DNA from: Candidatus Cloacimonadota bacterium
Lineage (GTDB): Bacteria; Hydrothermota; E44-bin80
Assembly: GCA_004375965.1 (NCBI GenBank)
Contig: SOIS01000239.1
Span: 1-43,001, forward strand
Reading direction: 5' to 3'
DNA length: 43,001 nt
Shown here in pieces: positions 26,740-36,435 of this stretch. The position numbers and the translations under genes were made by a program. Below the pieces are notes generated by a model. That model was not told the DNA's origin. It saw nothing but the letters and a program-made list of their open reading frames with translations, and made no database searches. Positions within the stretch are counted from its first letter, which is position 1; every line of letters starts with the position of its first letter.

Positions 26740-28367
26740 TAAATTTCCATTGAGGGTAGTTCAACTGTAACTGTTGTTCCTTGATCCAATTCACTTTCAA
26801 TTGTTATATTCCCACCATGCATGTCTATAATATCCTTAACTATTGTTAAACCCAATCCAAAGCCACTGATAGTATGAATCTTCTTTTCTACCCTGTAGAA
26901 TTTTCCAAAAAGATAAGGAATTTCTGATTTTGCAATGCCAATACCTGTATCCTTTATGACTATCTCAAAGTTCCAGCTCGAGTCTCTCAGTATCAAACCT
27001 TCAGTTGAAATCTTAATCGTGCCTCCTGGTTTATTAAATTTGATAGCATTATCAATAAGGTGAGAAAAGGCGTATTGAAGTGCAAGTTTATCACCGGATA
27101 TTTGGATGGGTTCAGAAGGGAAGTTGACCTCAATTGCTATATTTTTTTCCTTACTTTTTTGCTTAAAGTTTTCAGCAATTTTCTTCACAAGTTCAAGTAT
27201 TGGAAAAATTTCTCTTTTTAGTCCAATATTCCATTTACTCACTTCATCAAAATCTAAGAGCGCATTCAGTATATTTGCAAATTTTTCCCCCTCTTCTCTA
27301 ACTATATTAAGAAAACTCTGGATAGTTGGCGGTAGGTTGTTCATTCCCTTTAACTCCGTTTCCAGAATACTTAGACTTCCAATAATTGCAAAGAGAGGGG
27401 TTCTTAATTCATGGGCAACATTGGTTATGAATTCATCTTCCTTTGAGTGTACCATCTCCCATTCAGCAGGATTTGTAAAGAATAAAACTGCAAAGCTTTT
27501 CCCGTTAAATTTAAATGGGGAGACTCCAAAAGAGACTGTTATTTCATGCCCATCTTTTCTTAAGAGATGGAGGGGGCTTTGAAAATAGGTTTTTTCAGGA
27601 AATTTTGATAGGAATTCATCAAGGAGTGAAATGTTACCCTTCATATCATTTGAAAGTATAACATCATGGCATTTTTTCCCTATCGTTTCATCGGTTTTTA
27701 AACCAAGCGTATTCAATCCAAAACTGTTTGCAAAGAGTATTTTAAATTCCTCGTTGATAATAAAAAATCCTATTGGGACTGATTGGGTAGCCGTAGAAAA
27801 AGATAATTCTTCTTCTATCTTTTTTTCTTTTTCTCTCTTTTTTAACTCTAAATAGAAGAGAAAAAAACCAAAAATGTTTGATATCTCAAAAAGCCTTTCA
27901 GCATCTGTTTTATCAAAAGGATTATCAAGTTTTCTTCTGTTTATTTGTATTATACCACATATATCTTCCCCGAAAGAAATTGGTGAAGCAACAATACTTT
28001 CTGGGGCAGGTTCAAAAATATTATCCTTTGCGTCAAATCTTATATCCTTTTTTGCTTCAGATAGAAATGCAGGTTTACGACTCTGTAGTAACCATCCTCC
28101 CAGACCTTCTTTCTTAGAAATTTGTCTTCCTTCAACAAGTGATGTTGTTCCTATTGTAATCTTACATGAAAGACTATCCTTATCGTTAAGGAAGATTGCT
28201 CCTTCATCGCCACCAAGTTCATTCACAAGCTCTTTTAACCAGTTAGCAAGCATCTTCTCATCCATCTTATTCTTATGAAATAGTTTATTCATGTAGTAAA
28301 GATTGGATTGTCGTGTTTGAAGAGGTTCTTTTTCTTCAGTTTTCTTTTTTCCAAACTGGCTTAACAT
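26739..28367 (-). CDS. Cytoplasmic sensor histidine kinase (GAF-PAS-HisKA-HATPase)
   Basis: AHELRTPL H-box, NAIKF, DTGIG, FYRV, GFGLGL; GAF (SIVASPI..GIIQI) and PAS (FAN..LG) segments; no TM helix. Confidence 0.92.
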   Translation of the reverse strand: MLSQFGKKKTEEKEPLQTRQSNLYYMNKLFHKNKMDEKMLANWLKELVNELGGDEGAIFLNDKDSLSCKITIGTTSLVEGRQISKKEGLGGWLLQSRKPAFLSEAKKDIRFDAKDNIFEPAPESIVASPISFGEDICGIIQINRRKLDNPFDKTDAERLFEISNIFGFFLFYLELKKREKEKKIEEELSFSTATQSVPIGFFIINEEFKILFANSFGLNTLGLKTDETIGKKCHDVILSNDMKGNISLLDEFLSKFPEKTYFQSPLHLLRKDGHEITVSFGVSPFKFNGKSFAVLFFTNPAEWEMVHSKEDEFITNVAHELRTPLFAIIGSLSILETELKGMNNLPPTIQSFLNIVREEGEKFANILNALLDFDEVSKWNIGLKREIFPILELVKKIAENFKQKSKEKNIAIEVNFPSEPIQISGDKLALQYAFSHLIDNAIKFNKPGGTIKISTEGLILRDSSWNFEIVIKDTGIGIAKSEIPYLFGKFYRVEKKIHTISGFGLGLTIVKDIIDMHGGNITIESELDQGTTVTVELPSMEI

Positions 28368-28460
28368 CTCTTTTAGTTTGTGAAGAGTATTAAATCATTT
28401 ATGTTTAGAGGAATTTAAGTTAATACTTTCTAATTAATGTTTACTTTTTATTCAGCAAAT

Positions 28461-29129
28461 CTATTCTAATGAAATCTCTGTTTCTGCAATATCCTGAGGA
28501 ACGCTGTTCTTAATCTGGAACTTACCATCCTTCCATGTAAGGATTGATTCAAGAGCTACTTTGTCTTTGCTCACAGAAGTTTCAGCTTTTGTAATCTTCC
28601 CATTTTTTATATAGATCTTACCAACATCATCAGATGTTGTTGCAGTTAGTGTTGCTGTTTCCTTATTTGATTTCATGCTCTGGAGAACCTTTATAATCGG
28701 GAATTCGCTTATATCTCCCTCTTTAGGGATATCCTTTACAATAGAACCTTTCTCCTTATACTGTTCAATACTTTTTGCAATCTTTTTTAGAAGGTCATTT
28801 AGATTAAATGGTTTAACAATGTAGTCGTCCCCCCCAAGGCTAAACCCTTTCAACTGATCGTCCAGTTTTCCTTTTGCTGTGAGAAAAAGAAAGGGTATAT
28901 CCTTCGTTTTGGGATCCTCTTTTGTCTTTTTGCATAATTCAAAACCATCCATCTTAGGCATCATTATATCAGCAAGGATGAGGTCTGGAGGATTATTAGA
29001 GATTATTTTTATTGCTTCTTCTCCATCATATGCTTTGAGTACCTCGTAATTCTCCATCTCAAGACTAAAACTGAGAATATCAACAAGATATGCATTATCA
29101 TCGACTACAAGTATTTTAGATTTAGCCAT
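28461..29129 (-). CDS. Response regulator: REC plus DUF4388-like C-terminal domain
   Basis: LVVDD, DIMMPKMDG, LTAK, DDYIVKPF; C-terminal EGDISEFPIIKVLQ...GKIYIKNGKI...ILTWKDGKF matches the DUF4388 pattern. Confidence 0.88.
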   Translation of the reverse strand: MAKSKILVVDDNAYLVDILSFSLEMENYEVLKAYDGEEAIKIISNNPPDLILADIMMPKMDGFELCKKTKEDPKTKDIPFLFLTAKGKLDDQLKGFSLGGDDYIVKPFNLNDLLKKIAKSIEQYKEKGSIVKDIPKEGDISEFPIIKVLQSMKSNKETATLTATTSDDVGKIYIKNGKITKAETSVSKDKVALESILTWKDGKFQIKNSVPQDIAETEISLE

Positions 29130-29196
29130 AAATTTCCTTTATTACAAAACTCTTATATAGTTAATCATATGATTAAACCAAAAACAAATATATTTA

Positions 29197-29226
29197 TTTA
29201 TAACAGAAAATATACACTGTTGTCAA
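29197..29226 (-). promoter_or_regulatory. Sigma70-type promoter of the response regulator gene
   Basis: TTGACA-N18-TATAAA with extended -10 TG. Confidence 0.6.
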
Positions 29227-29304
29227 GTTTTTTTTCAAGATTTCTCACTTCAGACTTATGATCAAGGATGTGTTTCTCAATTTCTAATTTCCTCATTTCC
29301 AATT

Positions 29305-29601
29305 TTATTCTGGCTTCCTGAAACCTATTTCCTTACCAGGTTCCACAACATTTTTAATCTCGCCAAACCGGTCTTCAAATTTCTTTATATTGTTTTCGAG
29401 AGCCTTAAATAGCATCCTGGCATGTTGAGGGGTCATTATTATTCGTGAATGCACCTTCGCTTTTTTCATGCCTGGTAGAATTCTTGCAAAATCTATAATA
29501 AATTCAGCAGGGGAATGGGTAATAAAGGCAAAATTGGAATACGTTCCTTGAACTTCTCCATTTCCAATTTCTACATTAATCTGCTGTTTTGGTTTCTCCA
29601 T
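29305..29601 (-). CDS. DUF3467 domain protein
   Basis: GTYSNFAFITHSPAEFIIDFAR..PG...VHSRIIMTPQHAR; ATG 29601 after AAGGAG. Confidence 0.9.
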   Translation of the reverse strand: MEKPKQQINVEIGNGEVQGTYSNFAFITHSPAEFIIDFARILPGMKKAKVHSRIIMTPQHARMLFKALENNIKKFEDRFGEIKNVVEPGKEIGFRKPE

Positions 29602-29850
29602 GTTTCTCTCCTTTCTCAATCTCATTGTATTCATTTTATAGAATAAAACTTGCAAAAAGTCAAGAAAAAAAGACTCAGACTACAGAAGACACAGAGGTGT
29701 ATAAATTTTTTTATTCTTTTTATCTTTAATTTCTGTATTCTTCTTGTAGTCAGTTTTATCTTGACTATTCACAATTTTTGGAGTAAGACTATGAAGATAG
29801 TGGTTTAGTTCTTGGTTTTACGATTTTATAAGAAATTAAGGGAGGAAAAG

Positions 29851-30182
29851 ATGATTCTAAGAAGTCATGAAAACTCGCAAGATTTAAGTTTCATCTCCCT
29901 ATTAAAGTTTTGAGAATAGAAAATCGTAATAACAAAAAGATTGCCATAATTGATTTAAGAGAAAAGAACCATCCATATCCACATGGGTATTCCTGGCGTG
30001 GTATTTACTTTCAGGGCTCATCAGGTGGTGGGTCTACAACAGTAACATTAATCAAGACCTTTCTTCAGGAGAATTATAAAGGGGAGTGGATAGATGGTGT
30101 TGAATTTTACTATGAGGGCAAACCTATAGTAGAAGATGAATGGGCCCATATTTTTTTAAGTGGTACAATATATAGAAAATGA
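29851..30182 (+). pseudogene. Frameshifted, probably internally deleted hypothetical gene
   Basis: GGGAGG SD plus ATG 29851 reads only 20 codons. A different frame, opening after a TGA at 29868, reads KLARFKFHLPIKVLRIENR...YFQGSSGG...FLQENYKGEWIDGVEFYY, which looks like a conserved C-terminal domain. Confidence 0.55.
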
Positions 30183-30283
30183 AAAGTTATTAAGCATTAA
30201 TAATTTGAGATTCTTCGTTTACCTAGTACGAAAAATCTTCACCTTTAAAAATGATAAAATCTAATGTTATCTACCGTTTAATC

Positions 30284-30814
30284 TCATTCTGATGTGTAAT
30301 CAATAAATGAAAGAATTGGATAACCATGCAACTTTTCTCTTCCTTTGAGGAAAGATAACTCTATAAGAAAAGCAAAGCATATAACCTCTCCACCCAGTTT
30401 TTCAATAAGACGACAGGTTGATAGAGCTGTTCCTCCTGTTGCAAGCAGGTCATCTATGACAAGTACCTTATCACCCTTTTTTACTGCATCTTTATGAATT
30501 TCAAGTGCATCCGTCCCATACTCAAGTTCATATTCCTCTTTTTCTGTCTCTGCAGGAAGCTTATTAGGTTTTCTAATGAGGATTAAACCTTTTTGAAGCA
30601 TATTAGCAAGTGCGCCACCCAGAACAAAACCCCTGGATTCGATTGCTGCAATCTTATCAAAATGTTTACCCTTGAACTCCTCAAGAAAGATGTTCATGGT
30701 AGAGTGGAAGGCAAAACCATCTAAGAGAAGAGTAGTAATATCTCTGAAAACAATTCCTTTCTTTGGAAAATCGGGCACATTTCTGATGTATTTTTTTATG
30801 TCTTCTCTTTTCAT
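30284..30814 (-). CDS. apt: Adenine phosphoribosyltransferase
   Basis: [36 protein letters not shown]. Confidence 0.97.
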   Translation of the reverse strand: MKREDIKKYIRNVPDFPKKGIVFRDITTLLLDGFAFHSTMNIFLEEFKGKHFDKIAAIESRGFVLGGALANMLQKGLILIRKPNKLPAETEKEEYELEYGTDALEIHKDAVKKGDKVLVIDDLLATGGTALSTCRLIEKLGGEVICFAFLIELSFLKGREKLHGYPILSFIDYTSE

Positions 30815-30833
30815 CTTTTCTCCTTGGCTTTAA

Positions 30834-30909
<76 letters not shown>

Positions 30910-30946
30910 TTTAAATCTCAAATAGGAATAAATCTGTGTGCGATTT

Positions 30947-31219
30947 TTAAAATCTAACATCAAAACCATTAAATTCACCTTTTGGTTCAACCCACTCAAT
31001 TTTCATATCCCTTACATCACTGGAAATAGGGCCGATCTTGATTTCTTCTATAAATTGATTGAGCATTCCACTGTTACCTTCGGCAACAATTTCAACATCT
31101 CCTTCGTATCTATTTCTAACAAAACCATAAAGACCAAGTGACATTGCCTTTCTTACAACAAAATATCTGAATCCCACACCCTGGACAAGACCAGAGACAA
31201 GTATACGCACTGCTTCCAT
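30947..31219 (-). CDS. acyP: Acylphosphatase
   Basis: VSGLVQGVGFR, GFVRN...GDVEIVAEG; start placed at ATG 31219. Confidence 0.95.
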   Translation of the reverse strand: MEAVRILVSGLVQGVGFRYFVVRKAMSLGLYGFVRNRYEGDVEIVAEGNSGMLNQFIEEIKIGPISSDVRDMKIEWVEPKGEFNGFDVRF

Positions 31220-31442
31220 CGTTAATGTTTCAACTAAAACCATTTATATACCTTAAAAGGAACAAAGTCAAGAAAAAAAACGAATTGTACCGCAGCACAC
31301 CCTGCCTGTACATGCATCCAGACAGGCAACACTGCACTTAAATTTTTGCTTGCTTAATTATTTTTTTTCTGTATATTGTATTAGATGGAATAAATTATTA
31401 TACATGGTGTATATCTTAATGAAAACAAAAAAAGGAGGTAGT

Positions 31443-34400
31443 ATGAAACGGTTTCTATTAATAACAGTTCTTTTTTCCCTTTTATACTTTTCGCTCTTTG
31501 GTTTTGGGGATAAACCTCTACTGGTTTTTAATGAGGATACCTCAAAGGCAAAACTTGAAGAAGGCAAACTAACCATCACTATTTCTTTGAGCAAAAAAAC
31601 TTGGGTGAGTCTTGGTGGTGAGATTACTGTAGAGGTAATAGACGCAAACGATAAAGTTCTTTTGACAAAGCAAAAGCATTTACGATTCTTCAGAAGGTCT
31701 ATAACAACAAGTTTTGTCTTTGAAACAGACCTGACAGAAGAGGAGCTATTTACCAATAGGTTGAGGATAACATTTGAAAGCAAAAAAGCAGAAGAAACGC
31801 ATATCTTTGCTATCTCCCAATTGATGGATAAACTTGAACTAATGGTTTTAGGACAGAATAATTTACTTGCTGGAAGTAAGGCATCTATAAGGATTATTAC
31901 AGTGAACTACAGAGGGAAAAAACCTATTAAGAATGCTCTTGTTGAGATCACCTTAAAAGGCGATAAGATTAAGAAAAGGCTTTTTTCGGGAAGAACAGGC
32001 AATAATGGGAGTATTGATGCCATATTTAGTATCCCTGACGTAGAGGATGAAAACACGAGAATAGAAGTATCTGCTGAAACAGCAATTGGAAGTGAAAGAT
32101 TGGAATATAGTATTACAATGAAGAAAGTATATAATATCTATCTTGTAACAGATAAACCTGTGTATCAACCAAATCAGATTATTCATATAAGAAGCTTAAC
32201 ATTACAAAAGCCATCCCTTAAAGCTGCTTCTGGTATTCCTATCACATTAAGCGTGGAAGATTCTAAAGGTAATAAGGTTTTTAAAAAGTCTCTCAAAACT
32301 GACAAATTTGGTATTGCTTCTATTGATTTTCAATTAGCAGATGAACTAAATATGGGTGATTACAGAATAATGGCAGAGATGAAGAATACGAGAGTAGAAA
32401 AAACTGTTAATGTAAAGCGATATGTCCTTCCGAAGTTTAAGATAACCCTTAAAACTAATAAGGATTATTATCTGCCATCTGAAAATTTCAAAGGGGATAT
32501 AAATGTCAAATATTTCTTTGGGAAGCCTGTTGGTGGTGGAAAGGTAAAGATCACATTAAGCAAGTTTGATGTAGGGTTCGAGGCGTTTCAGGAGATAAAA
32601 GGTGAGACAGACAGTAAAGGTAATTACCACTTTGATGTCCGACTTCCATCACATTTTGTAGGAACTCCACTTGAGCAGGGAAAGGCATTCATCAAAATAG
32701 ACATTGAAGTTACTGATAAGGCAGAACATAAAGAAAAACTGACAAACAAGAGAATTGTTGCAAAAAGTGACCTTATTATTGTGCTTATACCAGAAAGTGG
32801 TACTCTTGTACCGGGGTTTGAAAATACTCTTTATGTAATGACAACATATCCTGATGGAACACCGGCAAGGACCACTGTTACACTAAAAAGTGGTAAGATA
32901 ACATTAACTGGAAAGACTGACGACTCTGGTATTGCAGAATTTTCTGTAACTCCAGAAGAGAAAGATGGAATGGCTTTTGATGCTCAAGCAGTTGATGAGA
33001 AAGGAGCAAGCGGTAAGGCAGATGTCTATTTCTCATACGATTCAAGTCTGCCACACATACTTCTCAGAACAGACAAAGGGCTCTATAAGGTTGGTAATAG
33101 GATGAACCTTACTGTTTTATCATCGAAGAAGAAAGGCGTGGTTTACCTTGATATTATAAAGGATAAACAGACTATAATGACAAAGACTGTAAGTATAAAA
33201 AGAGGGGTAGGCAAAATTACTATTCCCTTGACCACAGATTTAAGCGGCAGTATATGGATTCATTCATACACAGTTGCTGCTGGAGAAGAGATAATGAGGG
33301 ATACAAAGGTAGTATATGTTAATCCTGCCAATGACCTATGCATTTCTATTGTTCCTGATAAAAAGATATACAAACCTGGTGAGGAAGGAAAACTCAGGTT
33401 CTCTGTAAGGGATAGGAAAGGACATGCTGTTATATCTGCACTCGGGATCAGCATTGTGGATGAAAGTGTTTTTGCACTGACAGAGATGCAGCCTGGCCTT
33501 GAAAAGGTATATTTTACACTCGAAAAGGAATTAATGGAACCCAAATATGAAATCCATTATCTATCTCCAAGAGAAATAGTAATGTTTGAAACAAAAAAGG
33601 AGATAGAGAAGAGGAAAGAGAAGGCAGCAAAGCTGCTCTTTGCTTCAGTTTCTGAGCTTTCACCTTTCAATATAAAGGAAGATAACACGAGAGAGTTGGA
33701 TAACAGCATCTATGATAAATATCAGTCAAGGGTATGGAATGACCTTTCGAAAATACGAAACGCTGTATATAGATTCTATAGCAAAGAGAAGCGTTATCCA
33801 ACAAAAGAGGAAGGTCTCTTAATACTAATTAGAAAGGATTATTTAATCACGAAGGATATTCTTGACCCCTGGGGTATGGTTTATGAAGTAGTAACAAGTA
33901 GTAATGATCTCTCTTGGTTCGGACTCTTAAGTTACGGACCTGATAAGAAAAAGGATACTGCTGATGACATAAATACAGAGGTTTATAGAAGAGGTTGGAG
34001 TTGGCAGAAGAATGAACTTTTGTTCGAAGCAGAGGAGGGTCTTGGTGGTATTGGAAGAAGAGAGATGCTTGCGAAGAAAGCAAAAGCAGCGCCTGTACCT
34101 GCAAACGGTGATAAACTTGATATTTTAACGTCATCAACAAAAACGGGCAAGAAGGAACCGAGGATAAGGGAATATTTCCCAGAAACCTTCATATTTGAGC
34201 CTGTGCTTATCACAAACAAAAAAGGAGTTGCTGTACTCCCGCTTAAATGGCCTGATTCCATAACTGAATGGAGGATAACAACTACTGCATCAACCATACT
34301 TGGACGGCTTGGAAGTACAACAAAAGGGATAAAGGTCTTCCAAGATTTCTTTGTAGATATAGACCTTCCTGTTTCACTAACGCAGAACGATATAGTTGCT

Positions 34401-36260
34401 GTTCCGGTTGCACTATATAACTATGTCAAGGGCTCACAAAAGATTAATTTGACACTCAAAAAAGAAGAATGGTATGAACTTATTGATGATGCAGAAAAGA
34501 GTGTTACTCTTGAGGAGAACGAGGTTTCTGTTATCTATTTCAGATTAAGGGCAAAGGATATTGGCAGGCATAGTTTCACGGTAAAGGCAATAGGCAGCAA
34601 GATGAGTGATGCAATTAAGAGGGAGATAGAGATTGTTCCAGATGGGAAGAAATTCGAATATATTGTGAGCGACAGGTTAGCAGGCAAGATAACAAAAAGT
34701 GTTTACATACCTGAAGAATCCATAGATGGCTCAGGTAAAATTTTTGTAAGAGTCTTTCCTGGAATGGTCAGTCAGGTTGTGGAAGGTATGGAATCAATGC
34801 TCGGAATGCCTTTTGGGTGTTTCGAACAAACCTCTTCTATTACCTATCCCAATATACTAATCCTTGATTACCTTCGAGGAATAAAGAAAATAACACCTGA
34901 GATAGAGATGAAGGCTGAACAGTATATAAATGTTGGTTATCAGAGATTACTTGCATACGAGGTTACTGGTGGAGGATTTGAATGGTTTGGTAATGTTCCA
35001 GCGAACAGGTTGCTCACCGCATATGGGCTCATGGAATTTTATGATATGGCAGAGGTGTTTGAGACAGACCCTAACATCGTTCCAAGAACACAGAGATGGC
35101 TTATCAACCAGCAGAACAAGGATGGTTCCTGGTCACCTGATAAGAGTTACTGTCATCAGGAGAGCTGGAACAGAATTCAGAAAAACAGGACGCTTCCAAC
35201 TGCATATATTCTCTGGTCGCTTGCAGAAACAGGATACAAAGGCAAGGAGTTAAAGAAGGCTGCAGCATATGTTGAAGATAATCTTGGAAAAGAAGAGGAC
35301 GCTTACATACTTGCTATTTGTGCAAATGCCTTTGTAACATACGAGCCTGATGGAAAAACCACTGAAAAGATAATCAAAAGACTAATTGATAGAAGAATTG
35401 AAGAGAAGGATGTTGTTTACTGGAGTTCAGGAATACCAACGTTCACTTACGCAAAGGGAAAGGGAGCGGATATTGAGGCGACTGCGCTTGCAACCTACGC
35501 ACTCATAAAATATAACAGGTATCCAAATATCCTGAATAAAGCAATAAACTACCTTGTAAAATCAAAGTATCCAGGTAGCACCTGGGGTTCTACACAGGCA
35601 ACATTTCTTGCATTGAAATGTCTGTTAGCATCTCTAAAAGGAAGCACGGAGAATGTGGATGCAACCGTCAGGGTCCTTATCAATGGGAAATCGAAAGAGA
35701 CCATACGACTGGATGAGGATAATGCAGATATAATGTATCTTATTGACCTTACAAAAGAGACGAAAGAAGGTAAAAATGAAGTAACGGTTTCCATTGAAGG
35801 CAAAGGAAATCCAATGTATGAGATTGCATCACGGTACTATATTCCTTGGAAACTTGTTATGCCTGAAAAGAAAAAGGATATCCTTTCTATAGATGTTGAT
35901 TATGATAAGACAACACTTACCCAGGATGATATTGTTACCTGTTCTGTGAAGATAAAAAACAATATCTTGGAATCTGCCAATATGGTTATTGTTGACCTTG
36001 GTATTCCGCCAGGATTCTCCGTTGAAACAGGTGATTTACAAAAGCTTGTTGGTAAGAAAATCGAGAAATATAGTCTGACTGCGAGACAGATTATTCTATA
36101 CATAGAGAGGATAGATTTTAAGCATCCCATTGAGTTGTCTTACAGGATAAAGGCGAAGTTCCCGATAAAGGCAAAGACACCGACATCGAAGGTTTATAAA
36201 TACTATGAACCCGAGGTGGAGACCATAGCAGAACCTATAGATATTGAGGTGAAAGGGTAA
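31443..36260 (+). CDS. Alpha-2-macroglobulin family thioester protein with GspG-like insertion
   Basis: TDKPVYQP (MG2), YVLPKF, VDESV, REYFPET, PDSITEW, thioester GCFEQ (34818-29), GYQRLL, WGSTQAT, YKYYEP. ATG 31443 after AAGGAGG; signal peptide has no lipobox. Confidence 0.93.
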   Translation: MKRFLLITVLFSLLYFSLFGFGDKPLLVFNEDTSKAKLEEGKLTITISLSKKTWVSLGGEITVEVIDANDKVLLTKQKHLRFFRRSITTSFVFETDLTEEELFTNRLRITFESKKAEETHIFAISQLMDKLELMVLGQNNLLAGSKASIRIITVNYRGKKPIKNALVEITLKGDKIKKRLFSGRTGNNGSIDAIFSIPDVEDENTRIEVSAETAIGSERLEYSITMKKVYNIYLVTDKPVYQPNQIIHIRSLTLQKPSLKAASGIPITLSVEDSKGNKVFKKSLKTDKFGIASIDFQLADELNMGDYRIMAEMKNTRVEKTVNVKRYVLPKFKITLKTNKDYYLPSENFKGDINVKYFFGKPVGGGKVKITLSKFDVGFEAFQEIKGETDSKGNYHFDVRLPSHFVGTPLEQGKAFIKIDIEVTDKAEHKEKLTNKRIVAKSDLIIVLIPESGTLVPGFENTLYVMTTYPDGTPARTTVTLKSGKITLTGKTDDSGIAEFSVTPEEKDGMAFDAQAVDEKGASGKADVYFSYDSSLPHILLRTDKGLYKVGNRMNLTVLSSKKKGVVYLDIIKDKQTIMTKTVSIKRGVGKITIPLTTDLSGSIWIHSYTVAAGEEIMRDTKVVYVNPANDLCISIVPDKKIYKPGEEGKLRFSVRDRKGHAVISALGISIVDESVFALTEMQPGLEKVYFTLEKELMEPKYEIHYLSPREIVMFETKKEIEKRKEKAAKLLFASVSELSPFNIKEDNTRELDNSIYDKYQSRVWNDLSKIRNAVYRFYSKEKRYPTKEEGLLILIRKDYLITKDILDPWGMVYEVVTSSNDLSWFGLLSYGPDKKKDTADDINTEVYRRGWSWQKNELLFEAEEGLGGIGRREMLAKKAKAAPVPANGDKLDILTSSTKTGKKEPRIREYFPETFIFEPVLITNKKGVAVLPLKWPDSITEWRITTTASTILGRLGSTTKGIKVFQDFFVDIDLPVSLTQNDIVAVPVALYNYVKGSQKINLTLKKEEWYELIDDAEKSVTLEENEVSVIYFRLRAKDIGRHSFTVKAIGSKMSDAIKREIEIVPDGKKFEYIVSDRLAGKITKSVYIPEESIDGSGKIFVRVFPGMVSQVVEGMESMLGMPFGCFEQTSSITYPNILILDYLRGIKKITPEIEMKAEQYINVGYQRLLAYEVTGGGFEWFGNVPANRLLTAYGLMEFYDMAEVFETDPNIVPRTQRWLINQQNKDGSWSPDKSYCHQESWNRIQKNRTLPTAYILWSLAETGYKGKELKKAAAYVEDNLGKEEDAYILAICANAFVTYEPDGKTTEKIIKRLIDRRIEEKDVVYWSSGIPTFTYAKGKGADIEATALATYALIKYNRYPNILNKAINYLVKSKYPGSTWGSTQATFLALKCLLASLKGSTENVDATVRVLINGKSKETIRLDEDNADIMYLIDLTKETKEGKNEVTVSIEGKGNPMYEIASRYYIPWKLVMPEKKKDILSIDVDYDKTTLTQDDIVTCSVKIKNNILESANMVIVDLGIPPGFSVETGDLQKLVGKKIEKYSLTARQIILYIERIDFKHPIELSYRIKAKFPIKAKTPTSKVYKYYEPEVETIAEPIDIEVKG

Positions 36261-36282
36261 GAAGGTAGCCAGCAAATGGATT

Positions 36283-36309
36283 GTAGGGGCAGTCCTGTGG
36301 TCTGCCCCT
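36283..36309 (+). repeat. GTAG-type REP palindrome, possibly also the A2M terminator
   Basis: GTAG-GGGCAG-N9-CTGCCC followed by CTTTT, 22 nt after the A2M stop. Confidence 0.6.
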
Positions 36310-36363
36310 TTTACTTATTTAGAGTGCAATGTCTCCAACATTGTACACCAAATGAAAAAAATC

Positions 36364-36391
36364 TTGACATAAATGTATATTTTGATATAAT
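36364..36391 (+). promoter_or_regulatory. Sigma70 promoter of the helicase gene
   Basis: TTGACA-N16-TATAAT with extended -10 TG. Confidence 0.8.
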
Positions 36392-36435
36392 TATAAAGTG
36401 TAAAGAACCAATACAAAATATAGTACCGAGGAATA

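Noticed and set aside
31301-31326. CCTGCCTG...CAGACAGG palindrome as a mobile element
   Set aside because: Single short imperfect copy with no clear target duplication.
33741-33974. Separate gspG gene or T2SS locus
   Set aside because: The segment is in frame within the A2M ORF, has no prepilin leader and no other gsp genes are nearby.
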